This document shows, piece by piece, positions 37,478 through 51,820 of a DNA stretch of 64,000 nt (the first letter of the stretch is position 1; every line of letters starts with the position of its first letter). This stretch comes from Nemertoderma westbladi (lineage: Eukaryota > Animalia > Xenacoelomorpha). The position numbers and the translations under genes are program-made. The stretch is taken from the NCBI GenBank assembly GCA_032718475.1, contig JAUCBJ010007517.1, forward strand, positions 1 to 64,000, written 5' to 3'. Below the pieces are notes generated by a model, which ran no database searches, had not been told where the DNA came from, and was given only the letters and a program-made list of their open reading frames with translations.

Positions 37478-40400
37478 TCACGTTGGGGAGTCCCTAGATG
37501 TTTGAGGAATTAGGGAGGTGGTCGTGGGAAGAGTGTCTTGCCTTCCATAGTTTCCGGAGAGTTCTCTGTCTCTTTCCAGTAAACATAAACGACCAACTGG
37601 GCGGTTGAGTTGTTGCGTCTCAAAGATTATGCCTGGCTTCTTGAAGTTACGCCGCATGACGACGAGTTCTACCGAGCGTACTAAACCATCATTCGAGATG
37701 TGAGTCTCGATGATACGACCTGTCTGCCACCGTTTACGTGGGAGGTCTGGATCTACAATAAGCACCATATCTCCGGCGCTGACGTTTTCTTGCTGCGCAA
37801 ACCACTTAGTTCGAAGTTGTAGCGTGGGCAGATAATGTTTCTCGAAATGGTCAGCGAAACGACGGGATAGCAACTGCATAAGTTGCCAAGTTCGACGGCA
37901 GTATTCGTCTCCATCGGCAATCTCCGATCGTGGGAGCATGGCTACAGGTTTCTTCAGTAGGAAGTGCGCGGGTGTTAGCGCTTCCAGGGAATCGGGACTC
38001 GATGAGACTGGCATAAGCGGTCTCTCGTTGAGATAGGCAGCTATTTCCTCCATTAACGTCCGCAAAAGTTCGTCGGTGAGATACGCGCGGCATGGCACTA
38101 TAAAGTGAAATGCGGTCTTAACACTTCTAATTAATCTCTCCCAACTTCCTCCCCACCAAGGGGCGTCGGCGGCGTTGAAGGTCCAGCTAGACGCTGTTAT
38201 CCTTAGCTGATCGTCCACCTGTCTTTGGTTCCAGTCCTTCACGTAAGCCTGTATTTCGTTGTTGGCACCAATGAAGTTCGTTCCCTTATCCGATCTCATG
38301 GTATTACTCGTCCCGAAGCGAGCGATCTGTCGGCGTAAACTTAATACGAAGCTGTTGGTAGATAGATCGTTCACCATATCGAGATGGATGGCTCTACAAG
38401 TCATGCATACGAAGATGACACACCATCTCTTGACTATAGTCCTAGCACGATATACTTCAATAGGGCCAAATAAATCTACACCAGTATTAGTAAAAGGTGG
38501 TTCATAGAAGCTTACTCGTTCCCTAGGTAATTCTGCCTCTCGCGGTGTTAAAGGCCTACTGAATGCTTTCCTACAGGGTATGCAGTTCCTAAGAACTTGG
38601 TTCAGAGCTCTACGGGGTTTATAAAAATAATAGCGAGTTCGGATTTCGCTAAGAACTCGTTCTCTACCAGCATGATAAAGTTTGCTGTGAACATCTACAA
38701 TCATCTTGATTTGTACTTCAAGATTTCTAATGAGTATGGGGAATTTAGTGTCAAAGGATAATGGCGCATTGGTGAGCCTTCCTCCAACACGTATTAACCC
38801 ATCTATCATTGTGCTAGAGAAGCGATCCCGTAAGCGCATCTGTGGATTTCTCAACAACAGGAAATACTTATCGGTACTGTGGAGTTGCTGTGAAATACTG
38901 TGGAGTTGCTCCCCTGGAGGCGATATCGGCTGGATTAATCGTACCAGGGCAATGTCTCCATTGATCTATCTTTGTGCGACTAAGAATAATAGCTACCCTG
39001 TTAGTAACAAAAACGCTGAACTGACAGACTTCATTGGTTATATACTCCAACACGAGTAAAGCGTCGGTCCAATAAACAGTTTTCTCCAGTGAATAGTCGA
39101 TTTGTTCTGTTACGTTCCGGCCGATGGCTGTAGCGTATAAAGCAGCTTTTAACTCCGCTCGAGGAACCTTTAACTTGTTGTTAATCAATGCCTTAGAGGT
39201 AACCAAGGCGACTTTGATTCCATCAGGAGTTTCGACTCGCAGATATGCTACTATACCTATTCCCATGTCGCTGGCGTCTCCAAACACATGGAGTTGATAG
39301 GAATACGTAGGAAGAACATGACCAAAATATGCACGGGAAATTACAAAGCTCTCGATGGCAGGTAGAGAATCTTCCCATTTCATCCATTTCTTTAACAGTT
39401 CTCCCTTAAGTGGATCGTCCAATGAGTGGTTTTCAAGCCACATTTGTTGTACTAAACTCCGAGCAATCAATATAACTGGGCTAATAAATCCCAATGGGTC
39501 GAAATAAGTGCTCAGGATACTTAAACAAATCCGTTTGGTCCGAACTGGATTATCTCGCTGTTTTAGCTGAAAAAACAGGATATCTCTTTCAGTGTCCCAC
39601 TTCAGGCCAAGCGTCTTGGTTTCTGGAAGATCATCCTTTATTAAGTCTAGGTCTTTCGCTCCTCGGTCTTCTACCGGTATCGCTTCCAGAAACTCACGGG
39701 AGTTGCTAGTGAATTTCGTCAGTCGAAATCCACCTCTTTTCAAACACTCTACTGTTCCTTTCGCGACATCAATGGCTTCTTCTACTGATGGAAGGGACCT
39801 TAAATTATCGTCCATGTATATATTACGCTTGATGTTGTCTATCACCTCTTTTGAGAAGGCGTCTCGGTTGTCATTCGCAGTGGTCCGCACCACGGAGCAG
39901 GCGTTGGAAGGGCTTGATATGATCCCAAAAGCCTGGATGGTCATCCAGTACTCTACCGGTTTCTGGTTGAGATCTCCTTCAGGCCACCACAGAAATCTCA
40001 GGCTGTCTCTATCTCTATCCAGCGCCTTGACTTGTAAGAACATTCCTTCTATATCGGAGGCGAACGCGATGGAATATTGTCTTAATCTTAAAAGTATTCC
40101 CAACAAGGATTGGAGTAAGTTGGGTCCTGGTAACAACTCGGAATTGAGGGATTGGCCCATATATAGAGCAGAGCCATCGAATACGACTCGTACTTCATGG
40201 GGTTTACCGGGTTTGGGAACGTAATGATGTGTTAAGTAATACGTTCTCTCAGTTACTGGTGTTCCTTCCGGTACTCGCTCCGCGTATCCCTTTGTAATAA
40301 ATTTCTTCAACTGAGTTTGGTACATTTCTTTAGCTGAAGCGTTAGCCGTAAGGCGTCGATGTAATTGATCGATTCTTTTCTCTGCCAAGGGTCTGTTATT

Positions 40401-43400
40401 TATAAATCTAGGTTCTCGTTTTCGAAATGGTAGGCCGATTTCATATCTACCTTGGTCCTTTAAAAAACGTGTAGTTGTTTCCTGGATTTGCTTGGCTCTT
40501 TCTTCTTCTATCGATAGGGCCTTATCGTATGAATTGGGCTCTACTAGTTCTTGAGTAAAGAATCGTACGGCGAGTTCGTTCCGAGTTCTAGCGTTGTAGT
40601 GCTCTATCTCATCATTTAATTCGTCATTGTAATCAATGGGTCCCGATGGGCGAATCAGTTGACATAGGTTCACCTGGTTTTTCCAAGTTTTGTTTTCTGT
40701 AAGTAGGTCGATTGTGTTCTCTTCATCGAAGAGTTGGTAGATGTCGTCATTAAATCTGAGGAGTATGGTGTTCCCTCAGTTAGTTCTTCCACCTCACTGT
40801 TCTCCACTTCCCAATCGTTTACTTGATATATTCGTTCTTGTGGCATTCTCTCTTCGAGAGTTCTGCGGGAAGGGCCAGTAAAGTACCAACCTACTCTAGT
40901 TCTTACCGCATAGGTTTGCAGTGGCTGCGGTTGAGCAGGCCGTTTCTCCAATGTCTCGAGCACCTCATGCGCGTTTTGGCCGATGAGTATTTGCACTCCA
41001 GGATAATCTGTCTGGAATCGAGGTATCTTAAGATGTTGGATGCTCTCATCCTCGTCCCAATTATAAAGGTCTGCTTGGGTAGTAGCGAAGTTCTTTATAG
41101 CCACCATTTTTACCGACCTTATACCTTGTGCTCCTAATTTATCCTGGGGGGTGGATAACACACCTACATAGTAGTCTGCCGTTAGGGTAGATTTCCAAAC
41201 CTGCATAATTCCTGACATATTCAATTTAGTCCGGAATTTGGGTTGTCCAGCAAAGATATCTTCGGCTAGTTCTTGATCGATGAATGTTCCTGTGCTGCCG
41301 GAGTCAAGGAGGGCGTTCACTATGTAACTTTTGTTAGGACCGTGAACTCTTACCTGCACTACAGGAAATTCTCTGATTCCTACGTTGGAAGTTGGAGCTT
41401 TCCAAGATGGTTGTCTGGCAAAAGTCGTTGGGGGGAACTCATTGTCGGTGTCCTTTTCATAAGTAAGTGCTCGATACACCGCGGTATTGATTAGGTAACA
41501 GGATTCGTTGGCGTCGGAGAATTCGTCAGTATAGAATCCTTCCATCTCAGATTCTTGATCAGTGTCATTTACATCACTGAATTGGACATGTAGTTCGGGC
41601 TCACTTACCTGACTCGGGTCGTCTCGTTCGAACTCACTGTGTAACAAGATGTGATGTTTCGCGCCACACTTTGCACACTTTACGTCGGAGTAACAGGTTC
41701 GCCGTTGGTGTCCTGATCTGAGGCAATTATAGCATAACCGCTTATCCCACATGACTGCACGTCTGTCTACAAGGCATTTCTTTAGAAATTCAGCACACGC
41801 ACTCAAACGGTGGGTCCCGTCGCACAGCGCACAGTTAGGTTTTATGTTACTCACTTTACCTTGGGTAACTGGTTCAGTGTAACACACTGGTGTTACTCTT
41901 CTCCTAGAAGCGGGTTTCTCACTTACCTTATTTTCCGATGTTTTCTCTCTGGACTGCTTGATGAGTTGTAGTTTTACTTCACCATCTAAGAAGGACATGA
42001 GATCAGCCATGGTAGGGCTTCGTCGTTGTTGTTCATTCATATACAACACTTTCTTGTCCCAGCGTGTACATACAGTACTCCACCCTTTGGTAAAGTAGAG
42101 ACTACTGCTCCAATAACCATGGAACTCTGATATTCATGAGACTTACCTAACCAGTCCAATTGTCTACAGATCTCCTGAATCTCATCGGAAAACTCTATAA
42201 TCCCGCTACTAAGGAAGTTTCTGGGGGCTACTAATTTTGCATACAAATACTTAGCTATGTTATCCTTGTTACCATACCTGATGTTTAATGTATCCCAAAC
42301 TTGTCTTAATCCTTCTGGATGTCCAATAAACTTTAACGCCATTAACTTGGGAGGTCCTTCCAAGCACTTGATGAGGAATCTAAGTTTCTCTCCGTTAGAT
42401 AGTACAGAGTTCTGTATGCTATCTTTGTAATATTCATTGAAAGGTAACCATTTCATCTCATCTCCATTGAATTTGACGATCTCTCCCACTTTGACGGCTT
42501 GGCGGGCTTCTGTTCTAGCCATCTGACGCGTAAAGCTTTCTTGGGCCATCGTGTTATTTAATATCGAATTATCGGTATATGAATTTCTCGGATTATTATC
42601 AGGTCTATAGGGAATATCATTAACAACAGGTTTATAATCACCCTTAATAGGGTTTGCTATAGGAGTTTCAACTTCACTAGCAGTATAGATGCGTGTAGGC
42701 TCCACACCTTGCGCATGTAATACTTCAGACCTAACAGGTTGACACAATGTTACAGGGGGTATTGGTATACCCTTTTGTATATTGACTAATTTGTCACGTT
42801 CTAGCGCGATGCTTTGCTGCACTTCTTGCAATTCTGCCCTACTTTCCCTTACTGTTCCCTTAAGTTGGTAGACAGTCTCCTGCATCTGTCCGAGCAGGAG
42901 ATTCATCCCCCGCCGTCCCTCCTCTACCCACTCGACCGCCGAAGCGGGAGTCGCCAACATTGTAGCGGGCTGACGCGGGACGACGGGAGACAAATCTTTG
43001 ATTTCTCTCTCAGCTTCCAGGACAGGGATATTCTCATGGACTGTTCTACCGGGTACAGGCAGTGTAGTACTGTGTAAAGGGAATTTAGAGTTAAGCTCTG
43101 GAAGTACAGGGGTCTCTAGCACAGGAGTGGCTTTGGGAACGACAGGCCTAATTATTTCAGGCTCATCAACTATTGTAGGGAGTCTTTTGACCTGAATAAT
43201 TTGTTCTGTGGGTTCTGTACTACCTAACTCTGTGCTAGCTAGTTGTCTTCTAACCGCTGGGGGCAAATCAGGCAATTTGTGACGGTGAGATGTTTTTCTA
43301 CGCCTGCTTAGACGAGATCTATTTCCTCCGCCTTCAGGATCGGTGGTCTCGCCTTCCTCTGATGATGTGTATCCTTGACGCTTGGGAGTAGATCGACTCC

Positions 43401-44766
43401 TCATCTGCATTTGACTAGCAGTTAACTGTTTATTTATGCAATCTTGCGTCTCTTGAAGATTTTCCAACTCCAGTTGTGTGGTCTCTTCAGACGCCCTCTG
43501 TTCTGCTTCTGCCACTGCCTTTGCTGCTGCCACAGTCGCTTTTCTTTCCGCTTCTATTTCTGCCATTGCCGCTGTTACTGCTGCTGCCTTTCGGTCCTCT
43601 ATCCGTTTTTTCTTTACTTGTTCTTCTTGGACTCTAGCGAGGCGGAGTTTTTCATCAAATTTAGCTTGGTTCGCAGCTAACATTTCCGCATCGATTGAGT
43701 CCAACACAAGCTTGGTTCCTTCACTATTGGGGCGAAGTCCAGCCAGTCGTCTCCTCAACTCTTCATCACCCAAGAAGCGTTGATAGTCTGACAGATAGAT
43801 GTCGATGGCGTCTCTCGTTCGCGGTCTCTCTGCTGTCCCTTCGCTTTCCTCTTGAGAAAGCGTGGCATCGGTTGGTTCTTCATAGGTTGGTCTCTCAGCC
43901 AGCTGGGATTTCCACTGGGCCGTTTCTTGTACTTTGAGACCTACCCGCTGGAACCAAGTCTTGACAGCAACCTGCAGCGACGTGTCCTGTCTTCTTTTGG
44001 AAGTTTCCTCAAAGGCTGATAGGATTAGTCTAATGCGTAGGGTTCTTTCGCGTACTTGATATAGCAGCTCTTCCTGCTCTTGAGGTCCTTGGGGTTGTCG
44101 AAACAGTTGTTCTTCTAATCGCTCTAAGGAGCCGAAGAATCCCTGCACATATCCTGCTGCTGACCTCTTCCAAACAGCTGGATCCATCGTATCTTTAGTC
44201 ACTCCCATCCTGTGTATGTCTTCCCAAGTAGCTTCGGACAAATCTAACGGGAGTCCGGGTCCGGGAAAGTTCCATTGTGACTCGACAATAGACATCAATT
44301 CTTCCCTGGCGTATCCCGCATAACTATCTTGGGTCGCTCGCTTACTTCTCGCCCAATCGGCTTGATGTTCCTCCACCGCAATTAATATAGTAGTTAGCAC
44401 TGCGGCAGGAAGGGTGAGAAGGGGATCCGAGTAGGCTGTAGCCGCCATCTGCACTCCGCGTTCGGGGGTCAGCTCTACAGTATCCGAACTACTGGAGCTA
44501 TCGGGTCGCTGGGAACGAGTTTCTTGACTAGGATGTTGCTGCTGTTGGACAGCTGCTTCTTGGTTCCGTTTGACCTGGGCCCGGGTGCCGATGATAGACC
44601 TACGGTGTTGGATTAGCCTAGGATCTGATACTACTACTGGAGGGATGACCTTTCTTTCAGTAGGAGGTGAGCTGAACCCCTTTCTTAATCGCTCCACACT
44701 CCTATCTGTGTCACAGATGGTTGTATCGATTAGACTGTCTGACAGGTTTTGCTGGGTGTCAGACAT
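37478..44766 (-). pseudogene. gag-pol: gag-pol of A copy 2, with frameshifts and deletions but a complete integrase C-terminus
   Basis: ORFs 42037-44766, 40670-42049, 38868-40673 and 37478-38857; LNERPL, LTPAHFL and YLPTLQLRTKW Pao integrase motifs. Confidence 0.93.
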
Positions 44767-44997
44767 GTTTAGTTATACAGTTGAATGCTTACTGCTATAG
44801 TTACAGTTAAAGCAAGTCTAGTAATTCAGTATGACCGTTGGCCTAGTACCGGTAATTTATTGCAGTATATTAGAATACCGGTATACACTTATAATATATA
44901 TAAGTATTGTAAACTAGGTTTGTCACAGAGTACCGGTATATAATTTTAGCACAAATATATATAAATATATAATAGGCCTATCGTGAATACCGGTATA

Positions 44998-47010
44998 GGC
45001 TCATTCCAAAGTAAAGTACGGGACATTCGTACACAATTTTGAACTTTGATTGCCTGTACAATGTTATCCACAGCACATATGTGCACAAAATTGTGCTTGG
45101 ATTAAACTTTCGAATATCAGCTTTGATTTCGCGAAGCTTATGGCAGGACTTAGTCACTTTTGAGAAAATGCCAGCTTGTCCAATTAAGGTAAAGTACGGA
45201 TTCGTACGAAATGGTATTTTTTAATTTATGATTTCAATTCTAAAATTTAGCGAATTGTTCGCAGGTACGGTGTTGAGTTGATGTTTAGGATAAAGCTGTA
45301 TTATTAAGCTTAAATAAAAATATAAATATAAGACGAATTGCTGCATTGCTAATTTTTTACAGTGTGGTTTGTGTGGTAAAGTATGGGACATTGCTAAGTA
45401 AAGTACGGGACCTGTACGAATTTTATGGTCAAAATGGTCTCTTACACTTAAACTAACAGTAATTTCTGGATAATTAGTGATAATAATGTGCAACTAAGTA
45501 TTTCCAACCAAGATATGGATACAAAATGTGGGGCGGCCCACAAATTGACCTGAAGTCTTAGCATATGGGTGCCCTTAGGAGTTGTATGTCATCTGTCTAA
45601 TTTTTGATCGCTAATACTGTATATCTCGGTCATTTTTAGATGAAATCAAACCAAACCTGGTACGTATGAAGTCTGTCAAAAGTTTAGAAAGAATCTGAAG
45701 TTTAAGGAATCAAAGGTCACATATCAGACAGTCTGTCTGTTGGTACCGATAGTTTCAAAATTTTGATAAAAACCGAAATAAGTCCGCCAATCATTGATGA
45801 AATATAACCAAACTTGGTACACATGTAGTCTGTAAAAAGTTTAGAATTTCTTTCCATTTTTCTGAAAATGTATCAATTACTGTACTTACCGATCTTCTTA
45901 TCTGCTAAAAAACTAAATTTTTTGAAATGTGTTGTAAAGTACGGGACTTTACATGCATAAACTCAAAGATTAGTTAACTGAGGAATGATTCTTAGTTCAA
46001 ATACATACTTCTATGCTTCCCCCTACTATCACCCTAAAGCATTATAACACTCCTGCCCTCCAGGTTTCATATATTACATTAATACAGAGCACTAATGTAA
46101 TCGCCAATATAATGGTAAAGTATGGGACAATTTTCAATTGGCCGTTATGATGTTTCTGAGGGAGTAGATTATGAAACTACAGGTAATTGTTTCTTAAGAT
46201 GACGCAACAAAAACGTGCTTTGCATTCCACTGGGTGATTGGGCTTAGTTAGACTACTTCTCTGTGTATAAATTAAAAATTTCACTATTTTTTGGTAAAGT
46301 ATGGGACTTTACATGCATAAACCCAAGGATTTCTTGACTGAGGAATGATTCTCAGTTCAAATATAGACTCCTATTCTTACGGCCGACTATGACCTTAGAG
46401 TATTATAACACTCATGGCTTCACATATTACATTAATACAGTGCACTAATATAATCGCCATTTTGATGGTAAAGTATGGGACAATTTTCAATTGGCCGCCA
46501 TGATATTTCTGAGGGAGTGAAGATGAAACGAATTGTTTTATACGATGACGCAACACAAACGTGCTTTGCATTCCACTGGGTGATTAGGCCGAGTTACATC
46601 TCTGTGAATAAACTAAAAATTTCACTATTTTAGGTAAAGTATGGGACATCACAAGATTAACTTTATCGATTTCATTACAGAGGAATGAAACACTGGTGAA
46701 ATTAAATGAAACCAAAAAAATTCGAAAAAGGGTTTGTTTTTGATTTGGTACATGCTCAGAAATGTTAATTTATTGGTCATAGGAAGTGCCTACAGGAAAC
46801 GAAACTTTTGCACACTTTTATTCACATTTTGTGCAGAGCAGGTGCATAATTTGTAATTCGACTATTTTTGATAAACCACCTGTGTTGATACAATTTTTAG
46901 CACTGAATTCATGAAGTACGATAAATTTTGACCTAAAATAAGTATAAATTCAAAGCTACATCTCATTTTTAGAAATTAGTGGGGAGGTTGACCTTTTCAT
47001 GGAATGAGCC
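44998..47010. mobile_element. Non-autonomous DNA transposon with 11-bp TIR and TA (or TATA) target duplication
   Basis: GGCTCATTCCA...TGGAATGAGCC, absent from copy 1; repeated GTAAAGTAYGGGAC motifs and an internal tandem duplication. Confidence 0.85.
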
Positions 47011-49344
47011 TATACAGCTTACACTTATAGTATATATAAGTAGAATTATGAACTAGAATTAATTGCAGAATACCGGTATGATTTCAGCCCAAATTTATAG
47101 AAATAAATATAATAAGCCTATGGTAGATACCGGTATGTCAATTATTTTAGAATAATTGAATTTCTGAATTTTTTAGGGTTACTTGGTTACTTTAACTTAC
47201 TTTATTACCGTTATTTAAGCAGTAGTCCAACTGATATTGAGACCTAGTTGTTGTATGGCAGGCCTACTATTTATAAATCGTTTGAGTTGATTTATAATAT
47301 TTATATACCCGTTTAAAAAGGGTTTTGTCAATATTTGAAATAAATGTTATTATTTCTGGGGGAGTCACTACACAGAAGCTGTACGCTCTCAGTGAAGCGC
47401 TACTTATGGGACACTAATACAGATAATTCTAATTTACCTAAGTTACTTAATACTACAAATTACTTACGATACGGGTGAGATTAATTCTCTAATTAAACAC
47501 AACAAAAATATTACGTACGAAATTTTAGGGTAATTTTACAGGAAGTCTACAAACCAGCCTAACAAAGGGTTAGAATTCTGGTTATTACAACGGACAGGGT
47601 ACTACGGTATTTGAAAATAATAAGTAGTAGTAAATATATGGCGCTGTCCAGATAGGAAATGTGACGGGATCATCCGGAGATGAACCCGATTTATCCTGTT
47701 TTAGTTCACGCGTCCCCGCCGTGTGAAAGAGTGTAAGTTGAGGTTACTGTTGTTCGTTATATTGTGATCTTGAGACGTGATATAGATATAGATATAGATT
47801 GATGTTATACACTGACGTTCACAGGTTGACGGGATGACGGTAACTAAAATCCCGGTACTTCCCTAATTGTAACTTACTGTACCACCAGTAACACTGAGAT
47901 AACTGAGGTAATATGATTACTGCTTACTGGTTATATCGCACGGTGGCCTTATTGCTACTCAATCGGTGCCAGCCCCCCTCTGATTGGTTGCTACCCTTGT
48001 TGGCGCCCTTTGAGGTGTTCCCGTTCACCCCAGCTATTCTCTCCCTTGTCAGGATACTAACCCCTGACCCTTATTGTGTGCTTCTCCTTCCCATTCTGTT
48101 GGGGAGACACGAGTTGGTTTGGGACCTAATCTCGTGTCCCCCAATATTGCTTATTGGCTTAACTTTGTGGAGTATTGGCGGGATTGATTCGCTAACACTC
48201 CCCCCCATGCCATCTTCCCGGTGAAGATAGCATCAAACCATAAAGTGCGTTACAATCCCGCTGGATCCCGATCTAGCATCGGGTGTGGGGTGGAAATCTT
48301 TTCTTTTGGAGTCGGCTTTCCAGGCCGCTCCCTATGGGTATGATGTCACTACCCTCTGGCGTCTCGTGTCGGGCCGATCGTGCGCTTCTCTCACACAATT
48401 TTTGTTTCCCCAACACTCTCACCATTCTAACTTCGCTCTCTAACTCAACTCGCTCTCTCCCCACTCTTACACTCTCCCCACACCTGAATCGCACACTTAA
48501 CTTCTCGCCAACAGCTCTTCTCACTATTTCCTCTCTAATCTAAGCCACTCTCTAAGGCCCTGACCTCTAATGCTACCCCTGTGCTATCATACTATCTACC
48601 TTATCTAACTTACTAACTCTAACTATCTAACTCTACTAACTACTAACTCTACTCTCTGCTAACTCTTACTACTTTTAGCTCTAACTAAAAGCCTCTAACT
48701 TTCTACTAACTCTAACTAGAACTCTCTAACTTTCTGCTAAGTCTACTAACTCTTTTCTAACTCTGACTAAAATCCTCCAACTAACTCTATCTCTATCTAC
48801 GTGGCGCTAATGGTGCCCACAACCACAACCGGTACTACGTACCCTCTTACTAACTCTATCTCCATCTACGTGGCGCTAACGGTGCCCACAACCACAACCG
48901 GTACTACGTACCCTCTTACTAACTCTACCTCCATCTACGTGGCGCTAACGGTGCCCACAACCACTCTACTACTAACTCTAACTAAAACCCTCTATCTACG
49001 TGGCGCTCGTGGTGCCCACAACCAATCTCTGCTACTACTTTCTACGTGGCGCTTCCGGTGCCCACAACCACTCTACCACTGCTACTTTCTACGTGGCGCT
49101 TCCGGTGCCCACGACCCCCCTACTACTACTCGTGGCATGACAATATGCCACACTCCCTTACCCCGCCGCCTTCTAACTCTACTCTCCTATCTTCGAACTA
49201 CTTCTTACTTCTACTAACTATTATTTTTAATTATTTAATTATTTATTATTATTTATTTTTTTTGTTTTTAATTAAATAATTAATTTCTTGTGGGAAGGGC
49301 GTCTCGCCCTCATTCCCACCCCCCTCAGTCCAAATATTGGACGA

Positions 49345-51765
49345 CTAAACTCTAAGCTGCCCCTCGATCTTCCATCGATTCTTCCATGAGGCACTGTCCC
49401 GCTGTCCCCCTGTGCGTCCTCTTATCTTTCCACCCACTTTCCTCGCCAATTCCAACTTATCTGGAATTGGCTCTCCCCCTTTCACCACCCCAAAATCGGG
49501 TCTCTCCACCGCCTTCTTAACTATGTCCTCTCTTGGCATCAAAATGCCATCTCTTTCTTTGTTGTCTCCCGCCGGCAGAATGAATAGAAAGTGAAAGAAC
49601 AGGCAGAACAGTAGTCCTATTCCTTTCCATCCTGCCTTCCTTCTCGACTTCCCCCTTGTCGGTATGCCTCCAAACCGGACCTGCGTCTCTTCCGGACACT
49701 CCTCTGGACACTCCTCCAGACACTCCTCTAGACACTCCTCCCGACACTCCTCCGGGCACTCCCCCGGAGTGTTGTCCTCCGGACACCTCGCCGTCCGCTC
49801 CGCTCCATCTCCATACCGATGCTTGCTGGGAAACCTACTCTCCTCTGCCCACTTTCTTACTGTCACCTCCCTATTTTGCTCTACTATCTCTTGTTTCTCC
49901 TCTACTTCCTCTGCGCCTGCGGTGCCTGGTAACATGCACCCTGATGTCTCTGTCACACTGCATGGTATCTTAGTTTTAACTGGGCCGCTAAGCGTCCATC
50001 CGAACGGCGTGAGGATCGCCGTCGGGTCCCGCTGCCTGTCTTCGCCGAAGACCGTCTTCGTTCTCTCGTGGGCCGTCGGGCAGTCCATCCCTACTATAAT
50101 GGACACCTTCCTAACGTCCACCTTTGGTATTGAGAAATCGATACCGTCCAGGAATCTATACTGCTCGACCTCAATGTTGGTTGGTCGCCTGGCGTTGATG
50201 TTTATCGATTCGATGATGTGGATGGGGTCGATCGTCGCCCCATAGTCGCATCCCGGTGCAATCGCTGCTATCCTGCACCGCCCCGCCCTCGTCTCCAGGA
50301 CCTCATCTTTACTCGAGACGGTAGTCACCGCCATTCTATTCGGCCTTGTCTTTAGCCCTATCTCTTCGGCCACCCAGTTCTCCACCAGCGTGAAGGCTGC
50401 TCCGCTGTCGACCAGCATTAATGTCGTTACTGATCGACCGCCCTCTCCTGATATCTTTACTGGTACTACCCCGAGTAGTACTTTTCTCTTCTTCTCCTCT
50501 TCTGTCGTGCTTGTGGCCATTGCCTGGCCTCCAGTCTCGGACTCTCTGACTGCTGTTTCTCTACACTCTCCGGACCTGTGTCCTTCTACCACACATCGAT
50601 GACATAGTCCGTTTGCGTCTGTGTAGGCTATACGATCTTGTTTGGGCAACGCTTGCCAGTGCTTACAACTCCTGGTCTTATGTGTTCCGTCCCGATGTAA
50701 TTGACATTCGAATCCTGGATTATAGCGTTCCCTGTATAGTCCCTCACGTATCGCGTCTAGGTTTATATGTACCGATTTAGTGTTTTGGTTGTCTGTATTC
50801 GGCCTACTGGGTACATTGGGATTATGTTTATTTATGGTGTTATTTTCTTTCTGTCCCCGCCACGGTGTGGCCCTGCTACCAGCTAACTGTGGACTAGCAG
50901 TCCCCTGTGTGGCCGCATGTGGTAGTGATTGTCCCACTCCCGAGAATGGGTCTGTCGGATTATATTCGGGTTCAGGCCAGTTGTATTCGGTCTTAGGTGC
51001 CTTCCCCAAACTATCCTCGCTATAGACTGGGTCTGTTATTAGTTCGGCTTCATAGTTCAAGAAGCTCGACATCTCTTCTAGGCCCGGTTCCACACCCTTC
51101 TCTTCCCGTGTGGAGAAAGCGATTTTCCTCCACTTCCTTCGTAACCAGATCGGCAGTGCCTGCGCTATCGTGGTGATGTTGTTAGACGCGTTGAGTTCGT
51201 ATGGTGCGTCCAACGTCTTTAACACGATCAGCGCCTTTTCAACTTTGTTAGCAAACGTCTTAATGCTAACGGGATTATCCTGTAGGCCACCCGTTGTTAT
51301 GCCTCTCAGGGTTTGCCTGATGATCTTGGCTGGGTGCCCGTATTCCCTGTCCAGCGCCCGCCATGCTGTCGTGAAGCCCCCTTCTATACCCTGGTATTGC
51401 CTCACGATGTCGTATGCTGGGCCTCCCGTGTATACTTGCAGATACTTTAGGCACTCCGCCTGCGTCAAATTTTTTGTTAGTATCTCGTTGCTATACATGC
51501 GCCGAAACTGAAGATATTCTTCCGGCCTACTCCCATCGAATTTGAATGGTTCCACGGGTGGTAACTCGATCCTTGTTTTTAACGCATCGATTAACGTGGC
51601 CATCCCCACTGCTTGCGCCTCTAATGGGTTCGATGGATGTTGCATGGTTTCCCTTGCTTGGTGCGGTCCACCCGTTCTATTCTCTGCTCTCCTCTGACTT
51701 GGGTATATCATTGGGGGTAGCGGCCCCCTCCATATTTCTGTGTCACACGATTTGTTTTCGTCCAA
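49345..51765 (-). CDS. gag: Family B gag capsid, knuckles and aspartic protease
   Basis: FKFDGS..EYLQF, CQLH...H..RSC, CHRC..EGHRSGEC, LVDSGA, LTPFGWTLSGP; no RT follows. Confidence 0.88.
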   Translation of the reverse strand: MDENKSCDTEIWRGPLPPMIYPSQRRAENRTGGPHQARETMQHPSNPLEAQAVGMATLIDALKTRIELPPVEPFKFDGSRPEEYLQFRRMYSNEILTKNLTQAECLKYLQVYTGGPAYDIVRQYQGIEGGFTTAWRALDREYGHPAKIIRQTLRGITTGGLQDNPVSIKTFANKVEKALIVLKTLDAPYELNASNNITTIAQALPIWLRRKWRKIAFSTREEKGVEPGLEEMSSFLNYEAELITDPVYSEDSLGKAPKTEYNWPEPEYNPTDPFSGVGQSLPHAATQGTASPQLAGSRATPWRGQKENNTINKHNPNVPSRPNTDNQNTKSVHINLDAIREGLYRERYNPGFECQLHRDGTHKTRSCKHWQALPKQDRIAYTDANGLCHRCVVEGHRSGECRETAVRESETGGQAMATSTTEEEKKRKVLLGVVPVKISGEGGRSVTTLMLVDSGAAFTLVENWVAEEIGLKTRPNRMAVTTVSSKDEVLETRAGRCRIAAIAPGCDYGATIDPIHIIESININARRPTNIEVEQYRFLDGIDFSIPKVDVRKVSIIVGMDCPTAHERTKTVFGEDRQRDPTAILTPFGWTLSGPVKTKIPCSVTETSGCMLPGTAGAEEVEEKQEIVEQNREVTVRKWAEESRFPSKHRYGDGAERTARCPEDNTPGECPEECREECLEECLEECPEECPEETQVRFGGIPTRGKSRRKAGWKGIGLLFCLFFHFLFILPAGDNKERDGILMPREDIVKKAVERPDFGVVKGGEPIPDKLELARKVGGKIRGRTGGQRDSASWKNRWKIEGQLRV

Positions 51766-51820
51766 GGGATTCGTTCTCGCTTCTATCGGGGTATATTGTT
51801 GATATTGCGATGGGGGAATG

